Source: the human T2T-CHM13v2.0 reference genome, Homo sapiens
Length of the DNA: 64,000 nucleotides
Strand: one strand, 5' to 3'
NCBI RefSeq assembly: GCF_009914755.1
Contig: NC_060930.1
The notes under the pieces were generated by a model that saw only the letters and a program-made list of their open reading frames with translations, was not told where the DNA came from and did not search any database. Shown piece by piece: positions 1 to 17,898 of the stretch. The translations under genes were made by a program, and so were the position numbers. Each line of letters opens with the position of its first letter. The stretch's first letter is position 1.

Positions 1-334
1 CTCTGTTAAAAAAACAAGTTTAAAAATTGATAGTATCAAACTTCTAAAATTAATATTATGATAAATAAGGATTCTGTACAATCAAATTACTTTAGTCAGT
101 ATAAAGTATAGAGTACACTGCCTGCCGCCAGCGTGAAATTAACCGTGATGACACTGGGCATTGTTTTAGACAGCAAAACAGTACCTACCCTAACTCCTTG
201 GATTAGCCCAATAAGTGGCTGGGAGTTGAATTGAGTTACTACTCATTAGGGTTTATCTCTTGCCTTATCTTAAAATAGAAATCCACTCCCACCCACTACC
301 CTCCTCCCCATTTTTGTACAGGGAATACTTGGGA

Positions 335-500
335 GGTAAACTCCCTGAGTTTAAATCCTGCTTACCAGCTGTGGGATCTTGCTAGTTGCTTGGTCTCTCA
401 GCCTCAACTTCCTCATCTATAAAATGGGAATACTAATAGCAACTACTTCGCAGGGTTGTAGTAATGATGAAAGAGGCAGTATTGATAAAGCACTTAGAAC
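335..500. mobile_element. MIR fragment
   Basis: MIR core-like text: ctcagcctcaacttcctcatctataaaatggg...aaagcacttagaacag. Confidence 0.6.
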
Positions 501-810
501 AGGTCCTTTTTTTAGCATAATAAAATATCAAGTAATAGAATAGGTCTTAATGTGACCTACAAGACTGATACACTCAGCACAAAGCAATATGAAGTCATAG
601 AATTTTTAAAGTTGGAAAGGAGCCTAGAGATCATTTAACCTAGTCTCCTAATTTCAGCAATGAAAAATTGGGATCCTAGCACAAGGTCACAGGGCTGATT
701 AAGTAGCAGAGTTGGAACTAGGCTCCAACTCTCTTCTTGGCTTACAGTTTACCATCCCAGTTGGGTGGTCAAAACCCAGAACAATAACACAGATTTATTG
801 CTTGTCCTGA

Positions 811-1108
<298 letters not shown>

Positions 1109-1711
1109 TGCTTTTTTGTTTTTTACAAATAGTCTTACTGCTATTTTAGAGCTACTAGGAGTGTTGCTGGTTCACCATGAGTTTAGCTATCATATGCCAA
1201 TGGAGACAGCCTGGTATAGTGGGAAATAAGCCTGGATCAGGAATCAGGTGACCTAGACTCTTATCTCTTTCACTAGTTAACAATTTGGGAAGCCAGATAG
1301 CCTTCCTGGCTCCCAGTTTCCTTATATATAGGGCTTTAATATATAGCATAATGTGAAAGTACTAAACATGATAGTTGTCCCATGGTGGATAACACTGTAA
1401 CCCAGTGCTTTTATAAATTACATTGCTCAGAACTACTGAGTGCTCTAATATGCATTGTAAGAATATATATACAACTTTTTTTTTTTTTTTTTTTTTTTTT
1501 ACAGAAAATAAACTACTGCTCTACCTTTAATCTTGCTTCGGTGAAATTCTAATTTATCATGGCTTCAGGGCAACATCAAAAGATGGTAGAGAAGTAGATT
1601 AGCTTTCCCAGAAACCAAGTAAGGGAAAAAAGTTTATAGATGAATCTCACAGACATTCAGTGAAAGAAATACAAAAGATTATATTGTGTAATTCCACTAA
1701 GTTAAAGTTCA

Positions 1712-1879
<168 letters not shown>

Positions 1880-2777
1880 AACAGGTAACACAAATCAATG
1901 CTGCTGGAAGTCAAAATAGTGGTTATCTGGGGGAATAGAGGTGAGAGGGTGGTATTGATTTGGAAGAAGCATAAGGAGGATTTCTGGGGCTTTGGAATGA
2001 TTGACACTTTGGTCTGAATGTGATTGTGAGTGCAATATCATTTACATTCTGTCTGTATGCCTCGAAAAAATCTTTTTGGAAAATCTCCATAGTATTAATT
2101 TTAATGACTGTGGGAACAACTGATCTTATCCCAACTGCCTTTAGATAACTTTGTAGTTTCTTTCAAGTGATGGGGGAATGGAAATTGGCAAATTGGGAGG
2201 CATGTATGAATAGCAGGGTTACGAGCAATCTTCCTCCAGAGCGACTAAAATCCTTTCAATACATTCTAATATAGTAATGTTTTCACATTCTATTCTTTTT
2301 CTTTAAATTTAATTTCTTGCTTACATTCTGTTCTTTTACTCTTAGGGATTTAAAAAGATGATGGCAAAATAATTTTTCAAATACTTTTGCCATGATTATT
2401 ACCTTAATGCCGATTATTTTTAAAGGAACCATCAGCTGATAAAAAGCAATTTTCTTCTGAGCCAAGATCTTTTCTAACTCTAAAATTCTATTATTTTCAG
2501 ATTTTTAAGTGAGGGAATACATTTATATATAGAAAGTTCAAAAATAATCTAAAATTTTAGATTATTTAGATATTTAGATCGTTTCTTTAAAAATTTTTAC
2601 ATTTAACCATTTCACATGTTCAAGGACATGACTATAAATTTGTTTTAATTTTTTCCCATAAATATGTATCATATGTCTCTGATGAACACAGTACTGATAA
2701 TGAGAAAATTTTTCTTGGCATTACTTTAAAAGGTCAGCCAGCCTTGATTTATTCACTTCATGGTAAGTCCATCATGG

Positions 2778-2807
2778 GTGTGTGTGTGTGTGTGTCTGTG
2801 TGTGTGT

Positions 2808-2837
<30 letters not shown>
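2778..2837. repeat. (TG)n microsatellite with two TC interruptions
   Basis: Direct reading. Confidence 0.95.
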
Positions 2838-2838
<1 letters not shown>

Positions 2839-3237
2839 GTGGAGGGATGTTTGGAATCTCTTCTTTGTGTATCGTTTACACAGTAACTGTGGATGTATAC
2901 CTCCTGATGCGTGCTGGAGCTGGGCCCATTGTCTACCATTTTGCAAGGTGTTGAATACTACTTACCTTATCTGGATCCATCATGTGCTAAAAAGTGTTGA
3001 AACAGCCATTTAAATGTTCTCTTACTTATAGAATACTGGGAATGGAAGTATTAGTAAAGGGAGAATTTTGGAGAGAAAGATGGCCAAGTCTGAAGTATAT
3101 TACTTTCCAAAACTCTTTCAGCTGAAATCTTTACTGTTGGTAAAAGACAGTAGGCACCGAGGCCCCTTCGAGCGGACTTCCTCACTCCTAAGAAAAAAAT
3201 CTTTATCCTCATTTACCTCCATGATAGCGAATGCCAC

Positions 3238-5350
<2,113 letters not shown>

Positions 5351-6435
5351 TGTGATGCCACACATTTTGATTCTTCTGTTCATTTTCTCTTCTCCATTTG
5401 CCATTTATCTTACCCTTAAAAGGAAGATATTTGACCCAATCTGCTGTAAACTCTGATTAGCAAGAGAGTAAGGAACTCCTTTAGACAACGGAAGGCAAGG
5501 ATAGCCACTTGGCTGCCTTAGAAACCATGATCCAAGCTCATCTGTGATGGCTTATACCATCACTTCACCCTGACCTCATCACTGGCTTATACCATCAGTT
5601 CACCCTAACCAGTAGTGGGTAGCTTCTGTGCCCAGATGTTGTACATCCGCCCTTGTTTAATGATAGCATGTATCTTAAGTTATTGTTTCAATTGAGAGAG
5701 AGAAAGAGACCTCATGTAAATGTAGGTAATAAAGTTAAATCTTCCCTAAGCACTGTTCTAATTTTTCTTTGCCATATGTTCTGTGGCTTTTAAAGGGGAA
5801 AGTGACAGAATTATAATGGAAATACAAAAACTGTAATAGAAATAAAAATATACACAGATAATCTTAATATTGTAAAAACATAATAAAGCACAAAAAAATA
5901 ACAAAGCCTGGAAACCATATTTTAAGGAAATAGAGTTTGATATCCTTAGTGTTTTAACTTTCTTAAAGCATACACAGCAGAGTGTTATCAAAGCATTGTT
6001 TACCACACATGATTTCTCCTAGTTATTTTTGCTATGATTGGGCTTCAAAAATGCATTCTCATCGACCTTCAGATATTTAAGGATATTTGGAGAAAAGTTG
6101 AGACCATGTTTTTTGCCACCTACTTTTTTCCCGCAGGGCGGCTCTCAGTTTGTACAAAATTAGTACCAGGAGTTCTTTTATGGAGATTCTTTTCTAAATG
6201 GTCCTTCAGTTACAACATTTGTGAGCTGGAATACTATGCCACATTAGTCTCAGTTTCTCAGTGCCTGAAATAATTATGTGTGGTGAAAAATTAATATCTA
6301 AAATGTCATATCTATTAAATAGTATAAACATACAACAAACTCTATTAGGTAGAATCAATTTTTCTAAGAATCTCTATAATTTATTTATCAAATTTCAAAG
6401 GGAAGACTATTCAAACCTACAATTTATTTCATATG

Positions 6436-6835
6436 TATATTAGTCTGTTCTCGCACTGCTGTAAAGAAATACCAGAGACTGGGTAATTTATGTAGAAAAG
6501 AGGTTTAATTGGCTCATAGTTCTGCAGGCCAGCTTCTGCTTAGCTTCTGGGAAGATCTCAGGAAACTTATAATCATGGCACGTGAGTGAAGGGGAAGCAA
6601 GCTTGTCTTATATGGCTGGATCAGGAGGAAGAGAGAGAGGGAGGTGCTACACACTTTTAAACAACTGGAATTCATATGATTTCACTCACTATACAGTATC
6701 AAGAGGGGACGGTGCTAAGCAATTCATGAAAACTCTGCCACCATGATCCATACCTCCCACCAGGCTCCACCTCCAACACTGAGGATTATAATTTGACATG
6801 AGATTTGGGTGAGGATACATTTCTAAACCTTATCA
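6436..6835 (-). mobile_element. MaLR solo LTR (MST/THE1 type)
   Basis: Termini tatattagtctgttctcgcactgct... and ...aaaccttatca; 5-bp TSD ATATG at 6431-6435 and 6836-6840. Confidence 0.88.
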
Positions 6836-8119
6836 ATATGATAATTATCTAGCCTCATTTATTTTTGGCTTATATGGTCACATTTGCACTGGGACTGCCT
6901 AACTGATACATTTCTGTTTAAATAAAAAATAAAACCTGTGTATATTTTCTGATTTCTTAGCAATTGGTGTTGTGGGGAAATTCTGTTAGGGGTGGGCTTG
7001 TTTCAGTGGGAAGATAGACTGAGCTGTGTCATTTAAAGTCTCTACATTTGATTAGCTAATGACTGTATTTCAAAATATGCTGTGTTTTAAAATGTAGAAC
7101 TCAAGTGTGAAAAGGTAAGTTCTGATGAATGACAAGTTACTCTTAGTAACATAAAAATGGATCAAAATTAATGCTGAAAACAATCAGGAAATTTTACCTT
7201 TCATCTGGGATTTACCTGGCAGTTTGTTCTTATCTGCATGTAAATGCAAAATTCACCAGACTTACTGTGAAATAATTTATGGAAAGTTTCAAATGGATTT
7301 TAATGGAAAACTGATCCACAAGAAAAATTATAGAAATATCAATAGCAATGCCCAGTGTCCTGGGTATCTAAAGAGGAGAGTTAATATTCTGCCCATACTA
7401 CTCAAAAGCAGATGACAGTGGTCCTCACATTCATGATTTAAGAGAAGTACAATGGCACATCGGCCAACTGTGCCAACATATGGTTTCTAATTGCAAATAT
7501 GGTCTATGATAGGGGAAAAATAGGCTGTTCTTAATTGCTTCAGAGGGAAAGTAGAATTTTTATGCAGCATCAGGGAACTGGATATGTGGATTGGGAGAGA
7601 AAGATCCCATGTATTGTAAGAAAATGAAAACTGGACATGTAGCCACAGAGATGAATTTGAGATGGAAACTTTTGTTTCTATGTTCATAATAATTAGCCCT
7701 TTTATATTTTACAACATTTAAGTTGTTCAAAGTTAAGCCCTTCCATGAGAGTTCAGCACAAAGTCTTCATGAAGAAGTAAAACCATACTCTCAGTTCCCC
7801 CTGGGTTTGCCCTCTGGTTCAAAGAGGGAAGTTGGACAGGAGTTAAATTGAAGTAATAAATATTTTGCTCCTTTACTCTGAATTAGCTTCAAAATCAGTC
7901 TGTCCCCTGTATCTCTATCTGTTGTGCTATGGCTGAAAGTAGGGTTAGGAACCACTTTCAGAAGAATCAGTTAGCGTAGGACTTGAATCTCCAATTTTCC
8001 CTAGCAATGCACAGTGTCTGCCCATCTCTGCCCAGATAGTACCTGAAATTAGAGTAGACTTCACTAGTGGAAGGAATAGGATTTATTCCAATTTGTGTGG
8101 AAGGAGAACTCATAAGGAT

Positions 8120-9477
<1,358 letters not shown>

Positions 9478-10730
9478 TTATTTGTTTTACTATGACCAAT
9501 ATTATATTAAGAAAGTTGTTAAAAATACAGAGAAGATAAAAGAATTGGTATCACGCCTCATATGCGTATCTACCAGCTGGATTCAACACTTAACATTTTG
9601 CTATATTTTACTTTATTGCACTTTTATCCATCTGCCTTTTCCATCTATCTATCCAGTTATTATTTTTGACGGACATCAGTACACTTCACCTCTAAACACT
9701 TCAGCATACATGTCATTAATTAGACTTCACTGTCAGTTTACGGTTTTTTAAAGGTAAATTTTACAAAAGTGAAATGCAAAAAATTGTAAATACCATTTGA
9801 TGAGTTTTGGGTAATCCAACCATCGTTGAGATAATTTCCATCACCGCTATACGTTCCCTCAAGTTTCTTCTCAGGTTATTTCTGCCTCCAAGAAAAAACT
9901 ACTGTTTTGATTTTTTCTTTTTTGCCATAATTTCAAGTGCTATTTTATTGATGGAATAATATTATAGTTCATCCCTTCTGGCCTGCTTCCAGTTCTTTGC
10001 CATTAAAATTTGATAGTTGGTGTAACATAAGTCATTGCTATCTTCTGTCAGCCTAGAACACAGTGCAAGCAAGGCAACTTAAGATTTTGTGCATTTCTTC
10101 TGATTAATAAAATAGTGAAGACATACAAAGACATGTTTTTATCACACACAGTACCCAAATTTTCCACATATTTCTTGTTGTTAGTGTAGTTATCAGTTTC
10201 TTTGAAGCTCAAAACCTTTTTTGTAATAGAAGCAAAAGATAGTTTTAGCCTTGTAAAAATAGAATTTAGCTTCCTGGCACCAAATTTTATTTTGTGAATG
10301 AGAAACCATGATTTTAACTACACCATAACTGTAATATTCATTACTGAGAATGTCAGACTAGTCTCTGGAGGAACAGCCTATTTCACAAATACTTAGAATA
10401 CTCTATTCCTGTACAAAATATTGATGGGGTTGTTGCAGATGGATTCAGCTGTGTTGCACAGACACTCATTTGTCTGGCCCCATCTATAATGTAAGTCTCT
10501 TGCTTCTAGTCTGTTTCCCCAGAATGATTTTCTAAGTGGGCTGTAATTTCTGATTGACTGATTGATATGAGGGAAGTCCTACCAGCTGTGAAATGGGACA
10601 AATAAACTTTATGTGAGATTCCAATTAGAGTGGACGTGCTTACCGTTAACAGCCCAGGGACCAATTGATGATGTGGTTTTATTACAACCTTTTTTACAAC
10701 CTTTCTCTGTCTATATCTTTCTTTATACAG

Positions 10731-10898
10731 TTGACGGACTGGACAAAGCTTCTATAGCAAACTCAGATGGCCCCACAGCAGGTTCCCAAACACCTCCCTT
10801 CAAAAGAAAGGGGAAACTATCCACCATTGGTAAAATCTTTAAGCCTTGGAAATGGAGGAAAAAGAAGACCAGCGACAAATTTAGAGAAACCTCGGCAG
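10731..10898 (+). CDS. PHACTR2: PHACTR2 internal coding exon (first in window; 168 nt, phase 1-1) with N-terminal basic/NLS-like motif
   Basis: Polypyrimidine tract + TACAG acceptor ending 10730; CAG|GTATGA donor at 10899. Encodes (V)DGLDKASIANSDGPTAGSQTPPFKRKGKLSTIGKIFKPWKWRKKKTSDKFRETSA, containing the PHACTR-family IFKPWKWRKKK motif. Confidence 0.97.
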
Positions 10899-12716
10899 GT
10901 ATGAGTATCATAACTTGTTAGAAGATGGGATAAATTGTAAAACGTTTTAAAAGGTAGAAAATTATGTTTTACAGTGTGTTTTTTCCCAGAAAAAAATTAA
11001 TCCGTATTTGAAATGAAATTCTTTATTTTAAGAATAAAATAAGGATGAAACAACTTAAGAGTTCTGATTTGCCTTCTTTCTATACTGACCTTGACTTTCT
11101 AATATATTCTTATTTAAAAATATATATTTGTAAATTTATATAAAAAATGGATTGGTGAGGCGAGGGAGTGAAATAGTAGAAAATGATAAGTGGAAATGCT
11201 ATTCATCAACATTGTGATGACAGGTATCCATTTTTATATACACATGATGTTATATATTTAGTTAGACTATACTATTTATATTAATATATAAATATTTAAC
11301 GATTTAACTAGTAGACTATACTGCTATACACATAACGTAATGTTAACGGTCTTGTTCGTTAATTAAAACTTTTTTAAAAATGTATTTTTTGATGTATTTA
11401 TTCTTTAGGAAAGATTTTAGTGGCTATATGAAAGAAAAGTTTTGTTATATTTGATTTTAGATTTCTATCATATCCTTAGGACAAATAAATGGTCTCTGTC
11501 TTAAGAGAGTAGAGGCACAACCCTATTGGTGTGAAAATGTTTGATTGTTAATTTAGTTTGTAGATTTGTGAAACCTTAAAAGTTACATTGCTTAGTGCCT
11601 TTCATATCAACTCGTGGACAAAGCTGGCTTTAAATCTCAGGCCAGAATTCAGCCCAATTTAAACAAGTGTTAGTGTGAGTGTATTGTGTCTAAGATAGAA
11701 AAGTGTTTAGTAAGTTCAACGTTCCCCATGCTTACTGTCCAAGGCAATCCCTTCATCAAAATTCCTCACTGCACCACAGTCTAATATTGTTAGTGGATGT
11801 ACAGGGTCACAGAGCATATCTTATTGGTCTGTACTAAGATAAGAACCAGAGTTTTGTTCTAGAGCTGTGAAATGAAATTAAAAATACTACACACAATGCA
11901 AGGATATGGAATAGGAGCATCAAAGCTCCCCAAAAAAGTGGTCTCGGATGCATTTGCAGCTATATAGTTTATTTGAGCATTTTATATTTAACAAGAAATA
12001 ATGATAGGCTACCTGGAATTTGTTTCAAAATAATCCTGGAGGAGTGTGAGGTAGGTAAGATTATAGATAAAGGAAGACTGGCAATGGGTTGTTCAAGCTG
12101 GGCAATGGGTCCATGGTGGTTATTATTCTCATTTCTCTGCTTATAGATATTGGAAAATTTCTGTAATAAAAAGATAGAGAAAGAAGAGAAACTTGGCTTA
12201 AGGGAAAATAATGCTAGTTTGGTTATTGGGTCCTCTTCAGCACCTAAGTGGCTTTCTGGGTTAGGAGGCAGTGAGAGGTGAGGGACAGGGTGCTGTGCTG
12301 TGTGAGGACACCCGGCTGGGTGACTTTGAACAGGTCAGATCAGCCTCAGTTTTCTCGCCTGCAAAATCGGGTAGTTGAATGTGCTAAACTCGGAGGTGCT
12401 TCAGTTCCTGATTCTGTTGTTGGTCTCCAGAGACACCCTTACACCCTTGACTCCTTCCAGTCCCTGGCTGGGCATCTTGTTCTCCTCTGTTTTTTGGTTG
12501 TGGAAGGAACCTCACTGGCCTTCTTCAAGTGCCTCCCTCTCACATGTGCTTAAGCATTGGGAGAATCTGGCTCTTCACGTTACCAAGACTACCCAAGATG
12601 GGAGCAGGGCTCCAGACGTAACGTACGAAAACGAACATAAGATACAAAATGGTGTATCATACATTAGTTTTTTTCACATTGGAGAAAGATGTCATATCTA
12701 GAGGAAAACTGATATA

Positions 12717-12797
12717 TTCAGTTGGTGCAAAAGTAGTTGCGATTTTTGCCATTACTTTTAGTGGCAAAAAACCGCAATTACTTTTGCACAAAACTAA
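12717..12797. mobile_element. MADE1 (Hsmar1-derived MITE)
   Basis: 81-bp palindrome ttcagttggtgcaaaagtagttgcgatttttgccatt...tggcaaaaaaccgcaattacttttgcacaaaactaa with TA on both flanks. Confidence 0.93.
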
Positions 12798-15067
12798 TAT
12801 TTGGATATAACCAAGAGAAAGTTATTTTCTTCTTTAAAAAATTATCTCAAGCAGTGGAATCAAGCTGTTTGGATATGATCAGGGCCATTTGCTGTCTGAT
12901 AATCAATGAAGTACACCTTAGGCCAGACCCACAACATCTTGAGGTATAAAAGAAAGTTCATTTCTTCCAAGAAAAGTAACTCTTCTACGTTTGTCCTTCT
13001 CTTAAACTCCTGGGTTGGTATTCACATGGATATGAACCTTATTGTGTTCTGCCGCACAGCGATAAATACCACTTTTCCTGGTATGGGTTTCTGTTATAGG
13101 AATTCTTAATTGGTAGTAGATAGGATGTAACACTAATTTATTAATGCATTGTAATAGCATGTTTATTATTGTAGTGGGAGTTAAGAAGGGTCCCATTCGT
13201 GGCCAGTTTTGGTGGTCCTTGAATCAGTTGTATTTTGGAGTGCTCATTCTACGTCTAAAGGACATCTTGCCCTATAAGGCAGGCTGGGCTTATGCCCCAG
13301 CTTCCAGTTCTCTGGCCTTGTTTTAAAGCAGAAAGTTTCCAATATCTTCAACTCTGATTTAGGCTGTTCAGTGTCTGGCTGTTAGATTCTAGGGCAGGAG
13401 AATAGATCTCTTTTCCGTCCACTTCTCTCAGATACCCCCCTTCATTTCTTTTCTTCTCCTGCATGAGAGGTCCCACGTAAGCTCTAGGTTCTTCTATCCC
13501 TTCCCTATTGTTAGAACTCAAAATGGCATTTACATCTTTTTTTCCCCTACATAATCATTTTTTCCCATTTTGCTTTGATTTGATTTGATTTGGTGGGAGG
13601 TGAGGATATAAACATCCTTCCTTTGGATTTTTATATATGCTTGTATCTCCCCAAAGCTAAGAGTACAAATGCCCTGCCTAAATAAACACAGTTGTTTCTC
13701 TAACTTATCACAGTGTATTACCATCAAAACCAAACTTACTGAAAATCTAACCTATCTCTGCTGCCTCTACTTTCTTTCTTCCCACATTCTCATTCCTTTT
13801 CCCACTGCAATCTATCTCTGTGTCCTGTATTCACCGAGGTTACTCCAAGCCTCCGAACCATTAAATTTAGTGTCGTTCTCTTATTTTCATTCATTTCAAC
13901 CTCTACAACATTTTCCATTACTGAACAGTCAGTCCTGCCTTAATGTCCAAAATACCTCTTCCTTAATTTACAAAAGCTACCATTGTCTTGTTTGTCTTTG
14001 ACTTCTCTTTCTCTCTTTTGCCTTTTCTCTTCTTCTTCTCATCACCCCTAACCCCCAGCAGGAAGGTTGCTATGTGCCTTAGCCCTTCTGTTGCTTTGAA
14101 TATGCACTTCTTTCCTATACCCACATCCCTCAAACTGGCCCAGGCTCCAGCTGATGCCCATGCACATCTACCCAAGCACCTGATGGGTAGCACTATTTGA
14201 GGACAGCATGTTAACTCAAAATCCATTCATATGGTCTAAATGTATTTCTGTGGAAAACATGCTAGTTGCTAGGCACTGTTCTGGAAGCTGGTGTTCTGCA
14301 GCCAATAAGCAAGTGAGGTTCCTGCCCTCATGGAGCTTTCATTCTAGACAGGTAGGGTACTAATAAATGCTATGATGGACACAGGGAGTGAAGGAAGAGG
14401 GAGTGGAAAAGTACTATCTATAAATGCATTCCAACCAAAACAGATCCCCTGCCAACCCCAGCTATCCTTGTTACTGTAGACATGGCTTCCTTTGGCATCC
14501 AGACTTTGAACCACGGAGTTCTTTGACTCTTCTTTCTCTCACCATCTTCTACATTCTATCAGTTCCTAAAACGTTTGATTTATTTTCTCCTCATGCAGAG
14601 TCTTTAACATCAGCCTATCCTGTCAATTCCTGTTGTCTAGTCCTATCACCTAATGTCTCAATTAGTGCAACGTAGCTTTTTTGCTATGCTTATTTGTAGC
14701 TAGCTATAGAAATCTGTAGGCCACTAGAGAAGACAGGAAGAGGTAGGGTTCTAGCAGCAAGCTTACCTACGAGGGGAACCTGACCTAGCTGGTGAGGCTG
14801 ACAGGGGAGGTTTGGGATGTCACAGGCTGTCAGGAAGCCGAGTGACCAAGATAATGACTTTACAAGTATCAAGCCTGGCAAATAGAGCAATGAGTACTTC
14901 ACTACAAAATGGCACAAGTTCCAACAGGTAGGGTAAATCTCAGAGCATCCAGGTGAGCAGTATTAGAAAATTCAGGCAGTCCTCAGTAACCAGGGTATTC
15001 TTTTCTCAGGTAGGAGTATTTAGGTGGGGCAGATGGTGTCTGTTATGGGAATCAGAAAGACTTGAAC

Positions 15068-15351
15068 AGGGCCTTGGTCACCCAGGCTGGTGTGCAGTGG
15101 TGCTATCACAGCTCACTGCAGCCTCAATCTCCTGGCTTCAAGAAATCCTCCCGCCTCAGCCTCCCAAGCAGCTGGGACCACAGGCACACGCCACGATGCC
15201 CAGTTAATTTTTGTACTTTTCTGCTGTACTTTTAGTAGAGATGGGGTTTCACCATGTTGCCCAGGTTGGTCTCAAACTCCCGGGCTCAAGCAATCTGCCC
15301 ACCTCAGCTTACTGAAGTGCTGAGAGTACAGGCGTGAGCCACCTCACTCAG
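15068..15351 (-). mobile_element. Alu (AluJ-type), tail lost
   Basis: Diverged Alu reverse complement with J-type ctcctggcttcaag / cccgggctcaag. Confidence 0.85.
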
Positions 15352-16284
15352 TCTATGGCCTTATCCTTTTTTAAAGAACAAGGGAATAGAGCTGATAAGT
15401 AGGACAGGAACTTACCAAAGGACTCAGGACAGAAACTTGCTATATAAAGTGGAACACAGGGAATGGATTTGGAAGAGGAGTCTCCCAAGATCCTAAGCCT
15501 GTGGTGCTGGAGCTACTGTTGCTAGAAATGACATAGCCCAAGAGCTGGGTGAGCAGGGAGAGGAGGGCTTGCTCTGGTCAGCAGCAGTGGCCCAACATGT
15601 GTGGATCTGGGGACATAGGTGGGCAGAGCACCCGTCTCCCCTCTTGCCCCTCCATATCCTCTTGGATAACCACCATCAGGAAACATTCCTCAGATGGGAC
15701 TTTGCTCCTGTCACTTCTTGCTCAAAAAGTGTGACTGGGTCTGCATTGCTTCTTCAGTAAAACCCAGACTCCTCAGCTCTTCTCAGTTTAACCCAAACTG
15801 ACCTTATCTTTTCTATTCGTCCATAGCTCTTGGACTTCAGTCATGCTGGGTCACTGGCTCAGCATGCCCCAAGCCTTCTTGGTCCCTTGGCTTTTCTTCT
15901 TGCTCTCTCCTGTTCCTATGAGCACCTCCTTCCTCCAGCTATACCTATTGAAATACTACCAATCATTCAAGGGTCAGTAACATGTCTCTTCCTCCTGCAG
16001 ATATTCTTGACTTTGATTCAGCACCAGCTGATCCTCCTTTGCCTGTACTCCTGTTAGGACATGTTTATTTTAACTTGTTTTCTTGTTTAAGTGTCTGTCT
16101 TATGCTCCTAATTTACTACGTAAAGTATTTAAGGGCAGAGACTATCACATTCACTTTTGCTGCACTTCACATAGGTTCTTTATGTAATAACATACATGGG
16201 ATGTAATAAAAAAAACATGCCTTGAATTGCTTCTTTATTAAATACCCACTGTAACCAAAAATGCAGTACTGGGTGCTTTAGGAC

Positions 16285-16586
16285 TTTTTTTTTTTTTGGT
16301 GGGGGAAGGGGGTCTCATTCTGTTCCCCCAGGCTGGAGTGCAGTGGCACAATCACAACTCACTGCATCCTCAACCTCCCTAGGCTCAGATGATCCTCCCA
16401 CCTGAGCCTCCCAAATAGCCGAGACTACAGGCACACACCACCACACTCGGCTAATTTTTGTGTTTTTTGTAGAGACAGGGTTTCACTGTGTTGCCGGGCT
16501 GTTCTCAAACTCCTGGGCTCAAACAATTCATCCTCCTTGGCTTCTCAAAGTGCTGGGATTACAGGCATGAACCATCATACCCTGCC
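16285..16586 (-). mobile_element. Alu (AluJ-type)
   Basis: Full dimer; TSD-like TGCTTT(A/G)GGACTTT. Confidence 0.9.
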
Positions 16587-16914
16587 TATGCTTTGGGACT
16601 TTATAAAAGAAATTGAAGATTTTAAAAATTATAACAAATTAAAATACTAACAAAACATGTACTTCACAATTACAGCCATGTACCACTGTTAAGAAGCCAA
16701 TAAAATTGGAAAAAAATATTTTCCTATCTTTTGTCCTTATTTAAAAGTAAGTTATACTCCTGTATAAAGAAAATCAAGGCAACTTATCTTCAATAAAATG
16801 GAGACTTTTATTTGTGTTGGTGGTAATAGAAAAAGAATGCCTGTCTAGATTTTTAGGTAGCATTCTAGGAATCAGATCTTTGATTTTCTGAAGGTACTGT
16901 GTACTCCCTAATAG

Positions 16915-17175
16915 TAATAATAATGGCTAATTTTTATTGAATGCTGTTAGGTACCAGGTTCTGCTCCAAGAACTTGATTCATATTAACTCACTAAATCAT
17001 CAGTACAACCTCATGAACTGCAATCTTTAAGGGCTACTATTATCCCAGTTCTACTGATGAGGAGACTGGGGCTAGAACATTCAGATGACTTGCCCAAGAA
17101 AACACACCTGGCAGTAGGCAAAGGCAATATTTGAACCTAAGCAATGAGGTCCCATAGCCAGTACTTTCGACCATT
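16915..17175. mobile_element. MIR
   Basis: MIR-like text: taataatggctaatttttattgaatg...gatgaggagactggggct...gacttgcccaag...atttgaacc. Confidence 0.65.
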
Positions 17176-17590
17176 CACTAGTTGCATCTCTAAAAGGTGT
17201 CTTCCTACCCACATCAGAAAGGACTGATCACTGAAAGGTGGCTCTAATATATGGTTTTGCCTCACACATTAGTTTTTGCTGTAAGAAGGATTTTGTCTGA
17301 AGAATTACTTTATTTCTACTTGACTGGCCTGCTTTCCTCAGTGCACATGTAGAAAAATGGTTGGCAAGGATCAAAGTTATGTTTGGTCCTATTAAAGGAT
17401 AATATTCTCTTGTAACCATAGAGACCTAATGTTGCTATTTAGGATTATTTTCCACATCTAGAAAGTAGGGCGAAGTTAAAGGATTTGCTTAAGGTGATAT
17501 TTGTTAAGGATTGCTCTGGTTGCATTAATAAATGACAGCATTTTGATTTTGCTTGTCTTATTCCACTAAGAAGTTGGAAAGTTGGAAGTG

Positions 17591-17898
17591 TTTTTTTTTT
17601 TTTTTTTTTTTTTTTGGAGACAGAGTCTCGCTCTGTCATCCAAGCTGGAGTGCAGTGGTATGATCTCGGCTCACTGCAACCTCTGCCTCCTGAGTTCAAG
17701 TGATTCTCCTGCCTCAGCCTCCTGAGTAGCAGGGACTACAGGCGTGTGCCATTACGCCCAGCTAATTTTTGTATTTTTAATAGAGACAGGGTTTCACCAT
17801 GTTAGCCAGGCTGGTCTTGAACTCCTGACCTCAGGTGATCCACCTGCCTCGGCCTCCTAAAGTCCTGGGATTACAGGCGTGAGCAACCGTGCCTGGCC
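17591..17898 (-). mobile_element. Alu A (AluSx-type)
   Basis: Full dimer; GAAGTG(C)TTT flanks. Confidence 0.93.

Noticed and set aside
2744-3013. Cys/Val- and His/Thr-repeat ORFs
   Set aside because: Translations of the (TG)n microsatellite.
12614-12636. Four CpGs in ~20 bp (gacgtaacgtacgaaaacg)
   Set aside because: Too short to call a regulatory element from sequence alone.
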